From: Octopus sinensis
Taxonomy: Eukaryota
Reading direction: 5' to 3'
Length of the DNA: 64,000 bases
Assembly: GCF_006345805.1 (NCBI RefSeq)
Contig: NC_042999.1
Span: 91,760,001-91,824,000, forward strand
Shown here: piece by piece, positions 50,500 to 63,330 of the stretch
Position numbering within the stretch: the first letter of the stretch is position 1
Layout of the letters: each line of letters opens with the position of its first letter
Made by a program: the position numbers and the translations under genes
Notes under the pieces: generated by a model
Seen by the model: only the letters and a program-made list of their open reading frames with translations
Databases searched by the model: none
Told to the model about the DNA's origin: nothing

Positions 50500-50790
50500 T
50501 CTGCTACTATGCTGGGGAATCGCTTCGAGGGGTTTATAGTCAAATGAATCGACCCCAGTACACTTTCAAATCTTGTGCATATTCACATGCATATTTTTAT
50601 GCATAGATACACACACACATATATGTATATGACGGGCTTCTTTCAGTTTCTACCTATCAACACAGAAGACTTTGATCGGCCCGTGGCTGTAGTTGAAGAC
50701 CATGATGGCGCGCAGTGAAACTGAAACCGGAACGGCATGGGCGTGAATCAAACTTCGTACTACACAATCATGCCGGCGCCTTCTTACCAC
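50500..50790 (-). mobile_element. SINE family B, degenerate
   Basis: gacgggcttctttcagtttc...ttgatcggcccgtggctgtag...gaaaccggaac...gccggcgcc with internal (CA/TA)n. Confidence 0.65.
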
Positions 50791-51046
50791 ACAGCCAATG
50801 ACTTATTATACCGATTCATATCATTTCATTGTTTATAAACGAGACAAAAGAGAAAACAGGGCCGGCTACATGATATTTGAACTGAGAAGGTTTATTGATG
50901 AGTTAAACACTGAAAGAAATATATATATCCGTATTTTATTCTTTCTATTGTTTACCACCAACTTATCTCAACTACCACAGATAAATACAGGGAAATCTAA
51001 AGAGCTGAAGTATTGCGTAACTGACTAGTGTATAGGTTACAGTAAT

Positions 51047-51220
51047 GATTTCAAATTTTGGCACAAAGCCAGCAATTTCAGGATATGGGGAAAGACGATT
51101 AGTCGATCCCTGTACTCAACTGGTACTCATTTAAAGGAAAAGTCGACCTCAGCGGAATTTGAACTTGAGATGTGAAGACGAACGAAATTCCGGTGTGCAA
51201 ACGATTCTGCCAGTTCGTCT
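51047..51220 (-). mobile_element. SINE family A
   Basis: tttcaaattttggcacaaagccagc...aagtcgacctcagcggaatttgaact...aacgattctgccagttcg. Confidence 0.8.
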
Positions 51221-53001
51221 GTTTATGTATAGGTTATAATATTAGAACTGCATTCTCTCATGACATTTCTTAGTCTAGCATCTTATATTTGGTAGGTCAC
51301 GTATTACGTTCAGAATGATCACAATAGTATTAATTCTCAAACATTTTTGTTAACCTGGGATGTCTCTCTCAATCTTTTCACCACTGCAAAAGTTAAAACA
51401 ATATCTCCAAAATAGTGAAATTTCTGATAATACTAAAAAATATATAATTTCGTGGCACTAGTGCAGAGAGATGATTAGACAGTTAAATGTCTGGGTTGTT
51501 AATCTGCAAATACATATTAAGATTTCATATGAGGCGTTCCAACAACATAAGAATATTCTACAGATAGAAAAAAAAGATAGACAAAATAAAAGATTAAGGT
51601 GTACATGCCATTTATTTTGAATTTTAAACAGATGCACTGGGCAGATCATTGAAATATTTCTTTGCGAGTAAGATTGGAAACACGGTCAGAGAAGTTTTTG
51701 AGTGAAAACACTTAGTGAACAGTGACTGCAGCACGAGCCGATGTAGGAACCATTACGTAGTTGATCGATCTGCAAGAAGTAGTAGACATTTCTAAAAATA
51801 TAGATATAGAAGGACAAACATTAGACAATGTAGTCTTTGGCAATACTCCCTGAAAATGCAAGGTGCCATATATGGAAGGCTTTAGAGACGATATATTTAC
51901 TTTCGATTGGAGTTGACCAAAGTTAAACAACAAACGCAGCAATAGTTCGTTGAGTATTTTCCATTAAATTCTGAAAACTGTATATAACATGTATAGTATG
52001 ACGCCCACTTCCCCCTGCACTTTTCCTTGAGAATTTTAGCTTAATGATATCTATTCCTCCCCAATGCATACATATTGGGAAAAATGAACCTGCGCAAAGT
52101 GTTGGTTCAATGACAGGTTAACTGGTTCATTTTAGGATTTAGTATTATTAGAGTTAAGTGACATACTCAAGGACATAGAAGAGCACCCTGGATGGAACAT
52201 ACCCTCTCAGTTATGTAAGACAATAGCAAATCAATGCTCTATTGATGTTGTATCCTTACAGATTTATATGAAAGCAAGGACTCTGAGAATAGCATAATTA
52301 ACTTATTTAACTTATTTCTTAATACAATTTTTCATCAAGTCCGTAGGGAACTATTTTGTTGTTGGTTTCCAAAGAGTCATTCACTGGTTTCCTGCATTTT
52401 CCGTTGTTCGAATGATTCGTAAGTGTCTGCCTACCTCGGGCTGAATAAATACCACCAAGTGCCTTTATTCGAACGCAAGAGTTTATAGGGTTTTCCCGCC
52501 AGTATTTACATCTTTCCGTAATAGACAGTACATCGATGAAAGTTGGATGACCTTCAATAAGTTACCAACGCATTCCTTTTTCCCAAGGATAACAACGGGG
52601 CAAGCTAAAACAACAAAAAAGAAACGTAAGTACAAAAACGTTAAGATTTAGGCCAGAGTAAAACTTATTTTGCAGTGAATGCAATAAAAATAGAGATCCA
52701 CAAAACAACAAGCATGTATTAAATAAAATTAAAATTTTCAAGAGCACTACACGGCTTAAATTGAAACAACATAAAAGTATGTAAGGGTGGGAAAGGTAAT
52801 GTGTCTGTAATCAAAGATAGAGAAGAAAATAATACAAAAAATAATAATTTACTCAGCGACAATAAATTGACAAACATCGAAAAATGAATATACCAACCAG
52901 ATAAATGTAAAGTTAAAGAACTTACAACAATAACTGCTCAAACAGAATCAAAAGAGTCCTCTTACTTTCCAAGCATTCAAAGAAAAATTATCTCCAGCAT
53001 A

Positions 53002-53033
<32 letters not shown>

Positions 53034-53135
53034 AACAAACATACATACATACACACATATATAGATATATAATAATATAAATAATATTTTTTATATATTC
53101 ATATATACATACGTATATGTACATACATGTATACG

Positions 53136-53222
<87 letters not shown>

Positions 53223-53228
53223 CATATT

Positions 53229-54000
53229 TGGGTAGAGGACGTCACAGAACATAAACAACAAAATATACGAAGTACGAGGACATAGAATAAGGGTTTTTTT
53301 GTGCAAGCAACGAAAGAAAAAATGGAAAACAAGACAAGCAACACAAGGAACGACCCTATATCAGTTGTTGGTTGTTTTTATAATCCGTATTTCGAGCAAT
53401 TAACGACAAGATATGCCTTCGATAAAACAGTTGCTCCCCAAATCAAATTAAATAAACTTTGCGATCTTGCGGAGGGTCAAGATTGGTGACAAAAAAAAAC
53501 AGGACAGTGAAAACAAACAGGAAGGGCTGCTAAGCCTAAACGCGAAGAAGCAAGTCTGGACAGGAGACAGAGAACAATATGTCTTCCCTGTCCAGCTGAA
53601 ACAGGAAGAAAGAAACACAAGTTAGGAGAATAGTCGATGGTCACGTGGAGGCCACGTGAGCAAAGGAGGAAGAGTGAGGGAGAGAGAGTGACAGACAGAG
53701 AACTGTGAAGGGGAGAGGAAAAGATTTGGAGACAGGATAAGAGAGAAAAAAGAGAGAGACAGGGAGAAGGAGAGGCTAAAGAAAGGAAGATAGAAAACAA
53801 AAGAGTAGAAGGATAAAATAGTGGGAGAAGAGGAGGCAAAAGAACAAGAGAAAGGTAGAGAGAAAACAAAAGAGCAAAAGGATAGAATAGTAGAAGAGGA
53901 GGCAAAAGAATAAGAGAAAGGAAGAGAGAAAACGACAGAGTAAAATGATAGGATAGTGGGAGAAAGGAGGTGAAAGAATATATATATAAAATGGCACAGT
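53229..54000 (-). mobile_element. Penelope-like terminal repeat with purine-rich tail
   Basis: Starts ggtagaggacgtcac after (TA)n as at 44000; shares gaacgaccct, cggagggtcaa, aacaggacagtgaaaa, gatggtcacgtg. Confidence 0.55.
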
Positions 54001-55100
54001 AAAAATACACTCATGATATAACCTTACATACTTACATATTCAATCACCACACACATAGACAGTATTATCGAATAGTTCTCATCTGAGATATATAGTATGA
54101 AGCCATGAGGGAATATTTTACAGGTCTTAGAAGAAACATATCGGCAGGCCATAAGTTGATTGGGTCTCGTTTTTTCCAGCCACTATCAATTCAGTTAGTA
54201 TTATTCATCGTCCTCTAAGTAACTGTACCTAAAGTACAAGGTCTCCGCGAGCGTACTCCATTGTACCCGTATCATTACTATTCTCACCTATAACGCCTAT
54301 TACAACCTCTTCTGTCCACTTAGTTTCATCAACAATACTTCCATCAGTACGTTCTTGTAGTTGATTATCAAAATCATACTCAACTTGCAGTCATCTGCAC
54401 TTTATTTCTTCATTTTCAACGACGGCAAACCAGTTCTACTACTGTAGAATATGGATTTAGTACATAAGTTTCAGATCACATTCCTTTTTCATTAAAAATG
54501 CTGCTAGACATTCTTCCGATGCCACGCTTACGAAGAGCTTCACTTTCATAGACGCACTCAAGGATAACCCTTGTAATCGGCTGATTTTGACAAGCGTTTT
54601 CAACCTTCAATTTTCACATTCTTACTTCCATGTTATTTCCTGCAATGTAGAGTTGATTCTGTGCTCTTAGGATCAATCACTGGTTGATTGGTGGAAACGC
54701 TATCTTCCAATCTAAATTACTCGTTTCTGGCAATGGATCCTCCAGTTTTCCCTGGGAGCTCCCTTCAATAGTTTCATAGACTTGGCAGTTTCTTGTCTCG
54801 TTATTTCTGTCTATTATTATGCAAATAAATTGGTTAATTGAAGGTTATTCATTTCCCACCCTTGTGGTTATTGCGATCTGCATTTTCTCAATAAAATAGG
54901 ACACCGTAGTAGATGGATTTCCAATCAAGGCATGCAGATATCCATCTGCCTTGGGTGGGCGAATCCCGAGCCTCCACGCCGACTGAGGTTTTTCTATCCC
55001 CGATATGTGTGTGAGTGTGTATGTGCGTGTGTGTGTGTGATGTTGTGAGTATCATTATTATTATCTTTATTATTATTTCATTATTATTATGATTATTATG

Positions 55101-55136
<36 letters not shown>

Positions 55137-56033
55137 TGTACTATTACTACTTCTACTACTACTACTACCCAATTAAATTAATTAATTTCTGCTATTTTAA
55201 CCTCAATGTATTCAATTTTATTTCCTGTATTCACGAATTTCTAAAATGAAATATCTTGGAAAACACTGTAGGCTAAGAATATTTTTTCATGCTGTCTTAC
55301 AATTTAATTCTACCTATGCTCTTATATTATAGTAAAAAAAATTATCCACCTCGCTCTGTATCTTTTGTTTATCTTTCAATCTATCAGTCGTGTTACATTT
55401 TTTATGCTGTTCAAATATTTACTGGCTCTTTTACCAGTATTTTTCTTCACTTCTTACTCATTTGGGGTTATCGTCAAGTGATGAAACGTATCATAGTTTT
55501 AGACTATATATGCATACTTCAGTATATGAAGAATACTAAAAAAAGGGTGAAAAAGCAAGATCTCCAGAAAGTTTTTAATCATAATTACAAGAGTTAATTA
55601 AACAAGATAAAAGGTGACGGAAAGCTATTCAAAACTGTGTCCCATAGCACGTTGCAAAAAGGTGAAATGTTTGCAAGTTCGATAAGAAGCAAATAATTAG
55701 TAATCTTCTGAAGCAATAATCAAATAAAGCAATAATTTTGTAAAGTTTTAATGAAAAGAAGTAAATTTAAAAAAGAAAAACCGGAAAACGATGCGAAACA
55801 AGAAAATTTGTAATGTTGATGAATTGAAAGAAATGGGTAAACGAATGGCAAGGAGGACATCTGCGTTCTAGGATTGAAATATGGCATTTTAAAATTAGTT
55901 ATACACCTAAATGTTCACAATTTCTTCTTTAAAGTTTTTCAGTCAGTGATATTTTGGATTGTTGGGATAACTGGTTGAGGGGAATATTGTTAAATTTCTA
56001 TTTCTATATGTGTTTTAAAAAGTTAATTGTTTA

Positions 56034-56433
56034 TCTATATATATAAAAGTGAAGTTGTGTGAGTGTCTGTCTCCTACGATTTAGATTCCTAACTACTCCC
56101 ACATTTTGCGGTGCAGTTTAACCAAAACCGGATATCTTATAGTCGTGATTCATATCGAGCCCTTCTGGGTATTAGCACGCGTCTACGATGAGTCCACGAT
56201 TTTAAAAATAATTTACCATAATTCTTTTCCATTTTAAAGCATATTTTTTAAATAAAGGGAAGTAACTCTCTAAAAATGTCTACGATGAGTCAACGATTTA
56301 AAAAAAATTTACCATAATATTTTTTACATTTTTAATGCATTTTTTTGCTGTTTTTTGGCTATAACTCTCTAAAAATGCTTTATAGTTATTTCCCTTACAA
56401 ACCCGAGCAACGCCGGGTTTGTAAGGGAAATAA
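56034..56433 (+). mobile_element. Non-autonomous Helitron-like element with fold-back 3' end
   Basis: 5' A|TCTATATATATAAAA start; internal tandem repeat gtctacgatgagtc(c/a)acgattt; subterminal cccgagcaacgccggg hairpin, but no CTRR terminus. Confidence 0.7.
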
Positions 56434-57035
56434 ATGGGAAATAAATGGGATTTCCATTCGGGTGAATCAGTTCACGGAGGAAAATACTGAGCAGTCGATA
56501 TGAAAAATATATGAGTGGATGACACGTTGTGGGTTTCAGCACTGTAGTGTATACAGGGAATAAGTTTAGAGGAACAAAATACTGTTATAGTAATGGTAAA
56601 ATTTGCAGAAGGAAAATGACTCTTCTCATTATAAAGGCAACAATGTTGTGAACATCTTAAATAATTTTTGAATGATAATTTCACTTTCCAAATGGTCTTT
56701 AGTGAACATTTTATTTTACAAATTCCCAAACGTGAGCAAGTTTATGTGGTTTTTTTTTTTTTATTTTTAGAAATCGTATGATATGATGAACTCAACATAC
56801 TAGCTAGAACAGAACGAATTAAACCCGGTAGATTCACCACAGCAAGGGTAGAAATGCAATATTTACCGAAGAAAACAGCAATATATTCAATCCTAATGTG
56901 GTTATAACATCAAATTAAATGTATCGCACTTAACCCATTGGCATCTATTGTTTTTTAAAGCACATATTCACACGGTTTTTAAAATATGTAAATAAAATTG
57001 TTGGGTTTATGTACGCATTATGTATGATGTATGTT

Positions 57036-57585
57036 ATATGTATGTATGTAAGTATGTATGTATGTATGTATGTATGTATGTATGTATGTATGTATGTAGG
57101 TAGGTAGGTAGGTAGGTAGGTAGGTAGGTAGGTAGGTAGGTAAGTACGTTGGTAGGTAGGTACTTACGTAAGTGGTTAGGTAGATATAAATATATAGGTT
57201 GAAGGGTGGGTAAGTAAATAGGCAGGTAGGTTGGTTGATAGGTATCTATGTATGTATGCATGTAGGTCGGTAGGTAGGCAGGCAGGTAAGTAGGTATGAA
57301 GGAAGGAAGGAAGGAAGGAAGGAAAGAAGGAAGGAAGGAAGTTAGGAAGGAAGGAAGGAAGGAAGGTAGGAAGGAAGGAAGGAAGGAATGAAGGAAAGAA
57401 GGTAGGAAGAAAGGAAGGAAGGAAGGAAGGAAGGAAGGAAGGAAGGAAGGTAGGAAGGAAGGAAGGAAGGAATGAATGAATGAATGAAGGAAGGAAGGAA
57501 GGAAGTTAGGAAGGAAGGAATGAAAAAAGGAATGAAGGAATGAAGGAAGAGAAGGAAGGAAGGAAGGCAGGAAGGAAGGAAGGTG
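57036..57585. repeat. Compound tetranucleotide microsatellite (TATG, TAGG, GAAG, GAAT)
   Basis: Direct reading. Confidence 0.95.
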
Positions 57586-57721
57586 TTAAATATAGCAATA
57601 ATGCAAATAATTCAAACAGTTATTAAAAGGAAAATCTAACATTTGTTCATCTCGTCCTTTTCTGCTAGTATTTTCTGCTGCTCATTACAGCAACGCAGTG
57701 TTATGTATTTTTTATTTTTTA

Positions 57722-57792
57722 CTTAGTTCAGTCATTTGACTGCGGCCATACTGAGTTAGCTCTATGAAGCGTTTAGTCAAACAAATCGGACC

Positions 57793-57828
<36 letters not shown>

Positions 57829-57987
57829 GACATGTTTTAGTTTCCGTCTACAAAATCTGCTCATAAAAGTTTTGGTCGGCCTGAGGCTATAGAAGAAGAC
57901 CTATGCCCAAAATACTATACAGATACAGTGGGACTGAACCCGGAATCAAGTGGTTGGGCAGCAAGATTATTACTACTCTGCCACGCC
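57722..57987 (-). mobile_element. SINE family B
   Basis: tttagtttccgtctac...ttggtcggcctgaggctatag...gtgggactgaacccggaa..agtggttgg...ccacgcc; 3' catttgactgcggccat. Confidence 0.8.
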
Positions 57988-59000
57988 ATTTATGTTAGTT
58001 AACTCTCGATCATTTGATTCTGAATTAATGTGTTATATACTTTGTATTGTGCAATGTAAGACGTTTGGTAATAATTATTTTAGTGGTGACTGGCCCCAAT
58101 TTGCGATGACAAATATCTCATTTTGCTCTTTGAAAATGTTCGCTATGTCTAGCTTAGATCTTTCTCAACGTAGAATCGCTGAGAATTTGTACTACGAAGT
58201 AGAACGAAATATCGCTGAACACTTGAAAGACGGTCTTCCAAAGCTTTGAAGAATGATGATCTAAAGCAATGCTTTGTTTATGTATGACAACACGTAAGAT
58301 ATGCAGACATCGTTTAGGAAAGGATTTAATTGAATAGTTCCTAAACTCCGACATAAATGTTGACATAGTATAAAGTGCAACAAATAGAGAAAACACTCAA
58401 CATCGTCACTACATTTCCAAATCCTGCTATGTTTGATATACAACTTTTGGTCCTCAAAAGTCGACCTACCTATTTTTTGGCAGTAAATTTCGTTCTGAAA
58501 AAATTCGATTTCTACGCTGGAAAATACGATAAAGGAATATTTTTTTTTTAATTCAGGATTCTAAGACAGGCTTTAGTTGCTATAAAATCCGCAGAAACAC
58601 TACTGTTATATGATCATGTTTTTAATAGCACTTCTTGTAGACCATAGCACATAGTTACTGGTCAATAAATTGAGAAATTAGATACTCACTTTTACTTCAA
58701 AAGCCAGAGTGTTACGATTAACCTGACCTTTGAATAAACTGAAAGACAGACATGTCAGTGGGATAGACACTAACCCTATAGTTCGAAGATATAGAATTGA
58801 AATCAATGGCGGACCCATTTACTATAGACGTAACTGTCATACAGATGGTTTAAATCCCATTTAGACACACAAAAGTGCTAATTTTACAGACAAATGTATA
58901 TATTGAGGATCATGGCTAACCTTGGGCGTACATTAAACAATAAATTATGCTTAGTTATATCATGAACATATATATGTGTGTGAGTGTGCGTGTGTGTGTT

Positions 59001-59060
<60 letters not shown>

Positions 59061-59811
59061 TGTATATATACATACATATATACATAGATACACACACGTA
59101 TGTGTATAGATACATACATATATATATGTATGTATATATTATATATATATATATATATATTTGCATGTATATATACATATATACATGAATATATACATAG
59201 ATATATAGATATATAGATACATACATACATATATTTATATATATATATATATATATATATGAACACACATATGTATATATGTATATACAATATATTTGTG
59301 AAAAGACCCCTAATGCATCAGCGCGTAAGGAACAAATTACTTACGCTATCTTCTTGCATATTTCTGCATATTCATATTGCTGACTAGATACAAAGACGAC
59401 GTGTAATTAAGTGGAAATAGAAAAAGCCGAAGTTCTTCTTTAGGCGTACGAGCCTGTATGCATTACTATGTATTAGTGTATGGTAAATATGTAGTTGTTT
59501 TTTGGGGGATATAGTTTTCTGTTAGTATATTTGCTTCTGTGCTTCTTTGAGAAATTCTAAGTGTATGTCCATCTATCCATCTCTTTGTGTGTTTCTCCTT
59601 ATATATTATGTATGTATGTATGTATGCATGTATGTATGTATGTATGTATGTATGTATACTTGTATGTAGGTATGTATATATATATGTGTGTGTGTGAGTG
59701 TGTGTATGTATGTGTTTGTTTGTGTATGTATGTATATATGCATTCATATACCTATGAGTGCATTTGTGAGTATTTATGCGCAGTTAACTTTAGAATAGAT
59801 TAATACAAATT

Positions 59812-59856
<45 letters not shown>

Positions 59857-59998
59857 TGTTATGATGGACCGCCATTCCCAATAGCAGTACTCTACACTAC
59901 ATCAAAATGCGCGCGCACACAAACTCATGCACACACAGACGCACACGGGCACACAAACACACGCACGCGTGCAGCTGCTCATAGACATTTGTATATAT

Positions 59999-60035
<37 letters not shown>

Positions 60036-60152
60036 GCATGTATGTAAGTGTGTAAAGACATATATAAATATATGTTCACACGTGTGTGTGTATATATATG
60101 CCTATATCTATATGCATATGTATGTAAATATATATATATTCATATATATACA

Positions 60153-60218
<66 letters not shown>

Positions 60219-60362
60219 AGTGTGTGTGTATGTGTATGCATATATATATACATATATATGTCTATGTAGATAAATAGATAGATAGATAGATAGATAGATA
60301 GAAGAGAGAGAGAGAGAGACAGACAGACAATGCACCACACGGCACAGGAGGACCTGTGACTA

Positions 60363-60403
<41 letters not shown>

Positions 60404-60407
<4 letters not shown>

Positions 60408-60676
60408 AGGAGCGTGCGTAAGTGGTTAGGGTATGCAGCGCAGAATCATAGGTTCATGAGTCTGGAAAACCAGCGGTGCAGAACACATTATTTCACATTG
60501 CCCCAGATCACTCAGCTGGCAAAAATAAATTCTACTTGTATTTCAAAGGGCCAGCCTTTTCACATTTAGTGTCACACTGAATCTTCGCGAGAACTACGTT
60601 AAAGAGGCACATGTTCGTAGAGTGCTCAGCCACTTGCACATTAATTTCACGAGCAAGCTGTAACTGATGGAGTGCC
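60404..60676 (+). mobile_element. SINE family C, degenerate mosaic
   Basis: gtgaagg...gtggttaggg head; ttatttcacattgccccag..cactcagctg core; tttcaaagggccagcc...ttaatttcacgagca tail. Confidence 0.75.
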
Positions 60677-60682
60677 AATTAT

Positions 60683-61870
60683 ATACACAGGATCCGGTGA
60701 ATAAATTATCGTCTAAATTACGCAAAAATCAAAATAACACAGATATCACACTTTAACAAATATACTTACAGAAGTTACATATAAATATCTTGAAATACTA
60801 AAGAGTAAATTTATTCAATAAAATCACCATTGGCTTCAACCACGGCCTCCAGTTGACTTCAGAATATTCTACAACTCTTCTAGACGGTGTCCTTGTTTAA
60901 GTTAATGAATGCTACTACAATTCATGTGTTCAGTTCATCTTTGGTGTTACAAGGAGTTTTGTTGGTCTCTCGCTCAACTGCAGCCCAGACATAATAATCA
61001 TTGGGTTGGAGTCTGTGGAGTTAATTGGCCAGATGTTAGGAGTGATGTGGTCACAGAAATCGTCTGACAGCATGACTGAGTTTTGCCTGTGTGGCATGGT
61101 GCAGAGTCCTGTTGCCAGTCACAGGGTCTTCCAGTATCCATCCTCTTGACGCAAGATAGTACTGCCACCTGCAGGCACTTGGTGTAGGCCTGAATAGAGG
61201 CATAAATTCGCCATCACAAGTGATCGCTACAAACACCATGATGTTGACTGGATGTTTGATTTTTATCACACCCGATACATGATTTGGTAACACGGCAAGC
61301 CAACGGTTGTTCTGTGTCTTCATTATCTGATCCGGACAGACATTTTTCTCGTCTGAGAAAAACCAAAGCATGTTGGGTTGGAGGGGACGGTTGAGTTTAT
61401 TCAAAAGCTTCGTAGTGCGGTCTTTTTTGTCCTTGATGGCTTGGGATGAAAATTAGCCTTTTCTCACCTTGCATAAGGAATACCGAATTTCTTCATGCAC
61501 TGGCTGTCTGATAAGAAACTTAGACACTACCATGTCCCTGGCCATGGACCTCATTGACTTGGAGAAATCGTTGTCAATCATGGTCTGCATCCCACCAACA
61601 AATTCAGGAGTTCTTTTCTAATCAGAAGGATCAAAGTGAGTTTTCTGCACCTTTGTAATCACCATTAGACTCATCTAACTCTTTCCGAATCCTCTACACT
61701 GTCCTCACATTGACACCCAAACATTCTGAAATGATAGTTTTGAAGCTTCGGGTGCGAATGCTAAGAAGTACAGCCTATCGTTTCCAAATTCCTGGCAGAG
61801 TGAATTGCGTGAATTGCATTTTATTTTCACTGATGGTGCCCACCTAACTCTACTATACTGTGTACTCGAC
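60683..61870 (-). mobile_element. Tc1/mariner DD37D (maT-like) element with pseudogenised transposase (ATG 61819 to stop 60811)
   Basis: MQFTQFTLP..W.R...LGVNVRTV*RIRK...LNKL..P..PNMLWFFSDEKN..DQ....QNNRWLA...K.KHP.NIMVF...WQQDSAPCHT...PNIWP.NS.D.NP..YYVW...NGDFIE*; multiple stops and frameshifts; TA-flanked left end, right TIR not found. Confidence 0.9.
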
Positions 61871-61897
61871 AAAATCAAAAACAATCAATGTGCATTT

Positions 61898-62013
61898 CCA
61901 GAAGAGGATACAAAAACACGGACGGGTCATTCGAAGCCTTTAATCTTCAGTCAAGAACCGGATCATCCTCGCAATTTCGGCTGCGAGGATGATCCGGTTA
62001 TTGACTGAAGATT
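61898..62013 (-). mobile_element. Penelope-like terminal fragment ending in a 32-bp fold-back hairpin
   Basis: 61898-61981 is the reverse complement of ~43608-43692; 61982-62013 re-copies 61942-61973 in inverse. Confidence 0.75.
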
Positions 62014-62031
62014 TGTTCTCTCTTTCTCTCT

Positions 62032-62126
<95 letters not shown>

Positions 62127-62528
62127 GTTTAGCTGAGTTAGCGGTTAAAATAACCGCCTAAGGGATAAAAGTATCCTATGCCCCCATATATAGTAATATC
62201 CAATCAAATGCCCTTTTATAAGTTTAGTCATTTACTTAACGTCCTAGGGAGGTACACACGCAACATGACCATTCTCACCATATTCAACCTTTCCTCCTTC
62301 TTTTCTTGTCTCTTCTTTTTATTTATATATTTTCCCCTCTGCTGAAGGTCGATGATACAAATCGGTTTTATTACCAGCTATGATATATATTTTTAGCATA
62401 ATAATACCAAAGAATATTGGCAGCAGAAACAGCTATTAGATGAGATGCAGTCTTTTTGTAAATAATTAATAAATAATAATTGATGCAAATCAAGTGAAGT
62501 TCAATAATATTATCTTCATTTTCTGTTT

Positions 62529-62594
<66 letters not shown>

Positions 62595-63069
62595 TATAGA
62601 TATATAGATATATAGATATAGATATATAGATATATGTGTACATATGTATATACCCCAATATAAATATAAATTCATCAGTATTATTTTAATGTAAAATTAT
62701 ATTCAAATTGAAGTTATTTGGTTTCTTCTTGGAAGAAACGTAGCATGCATGTTATGCCGAGTATTTCCAAACACAACTTTACCTCCCATTTAGAGAAGAC
62801 GGCCTAGTGTAATGTTAAGAAATATGCATCAATTTTTAAATCTTTCATTTATCTGCCAGACGTTTCGACAGCAAGAATTGAGAAGGCACATTGTACTGAT
62901 AACTCATGCTGCGAACGAATGTTAATTAGATATATCAATTGCGTCTGTAACAAGGTTGGGATCTTCGTATCCAGTATGAAAATAACTGGAATTAGAGGGG
63001 GCGTCTCCTAAGAGAAAAAAGCATCCTCAGCGGTTAGACGACGTCAGAACCGTCGAGTTTGTCTTGCAG

Positions 63070-63330
63070 ATGTGTTAAATTGGAATCTGGCATTGTCAAG
63101 CAGCTCAGCGTGGTTGAGTCTACTATCACATCTTTCTGCTCAAGAGGATATCAGTTAAAATTCATTGTAGTGAAGAGAGGGCAGTTTATGTCCAGTAAGA
63201 TTCGAGAGAATCGTATCAGTTTTGTCGCATTTGTGACGTCCTCAGTCCCAAGGATTCACTGGTGACTGATTTTATAAGGTGTGGTAGTCAGCATGGGCTG
63301 GAGCAAGTTTCTGACATTCACAGCTGCTTC
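63070..63330 (+). mobile_element. Possible highly degenerate LINE RT fragment
   Basis: KLESGIVKQL...ITSFCSR.YQ...VTSSVP resembles KL...GI...L..I.SF.S.R.Q.V...VTSGVPQG. Confidence 0.35.

Noticed and set aside
51712-51942. ORF with GTLHFQG resembling HUH motif II of CRESS-virus Rep
   Set aside because: Motifs I and III and the helicase domain are absent; a single short motif match.
58745-58865. RRYRIEINGGPIYYRRN resembling the end of a Ty3/Gypsy integrase
   Set aside because: Isolated 17-aa resemblance with no other LTR-element domains nearby.
60343-60358. cacagg-agga-cctgtg hairpin followed by actaag, like a Helitron 3' end
   Set aside because: Spacing to the CTRR-like motif is wrong and no element body is present.
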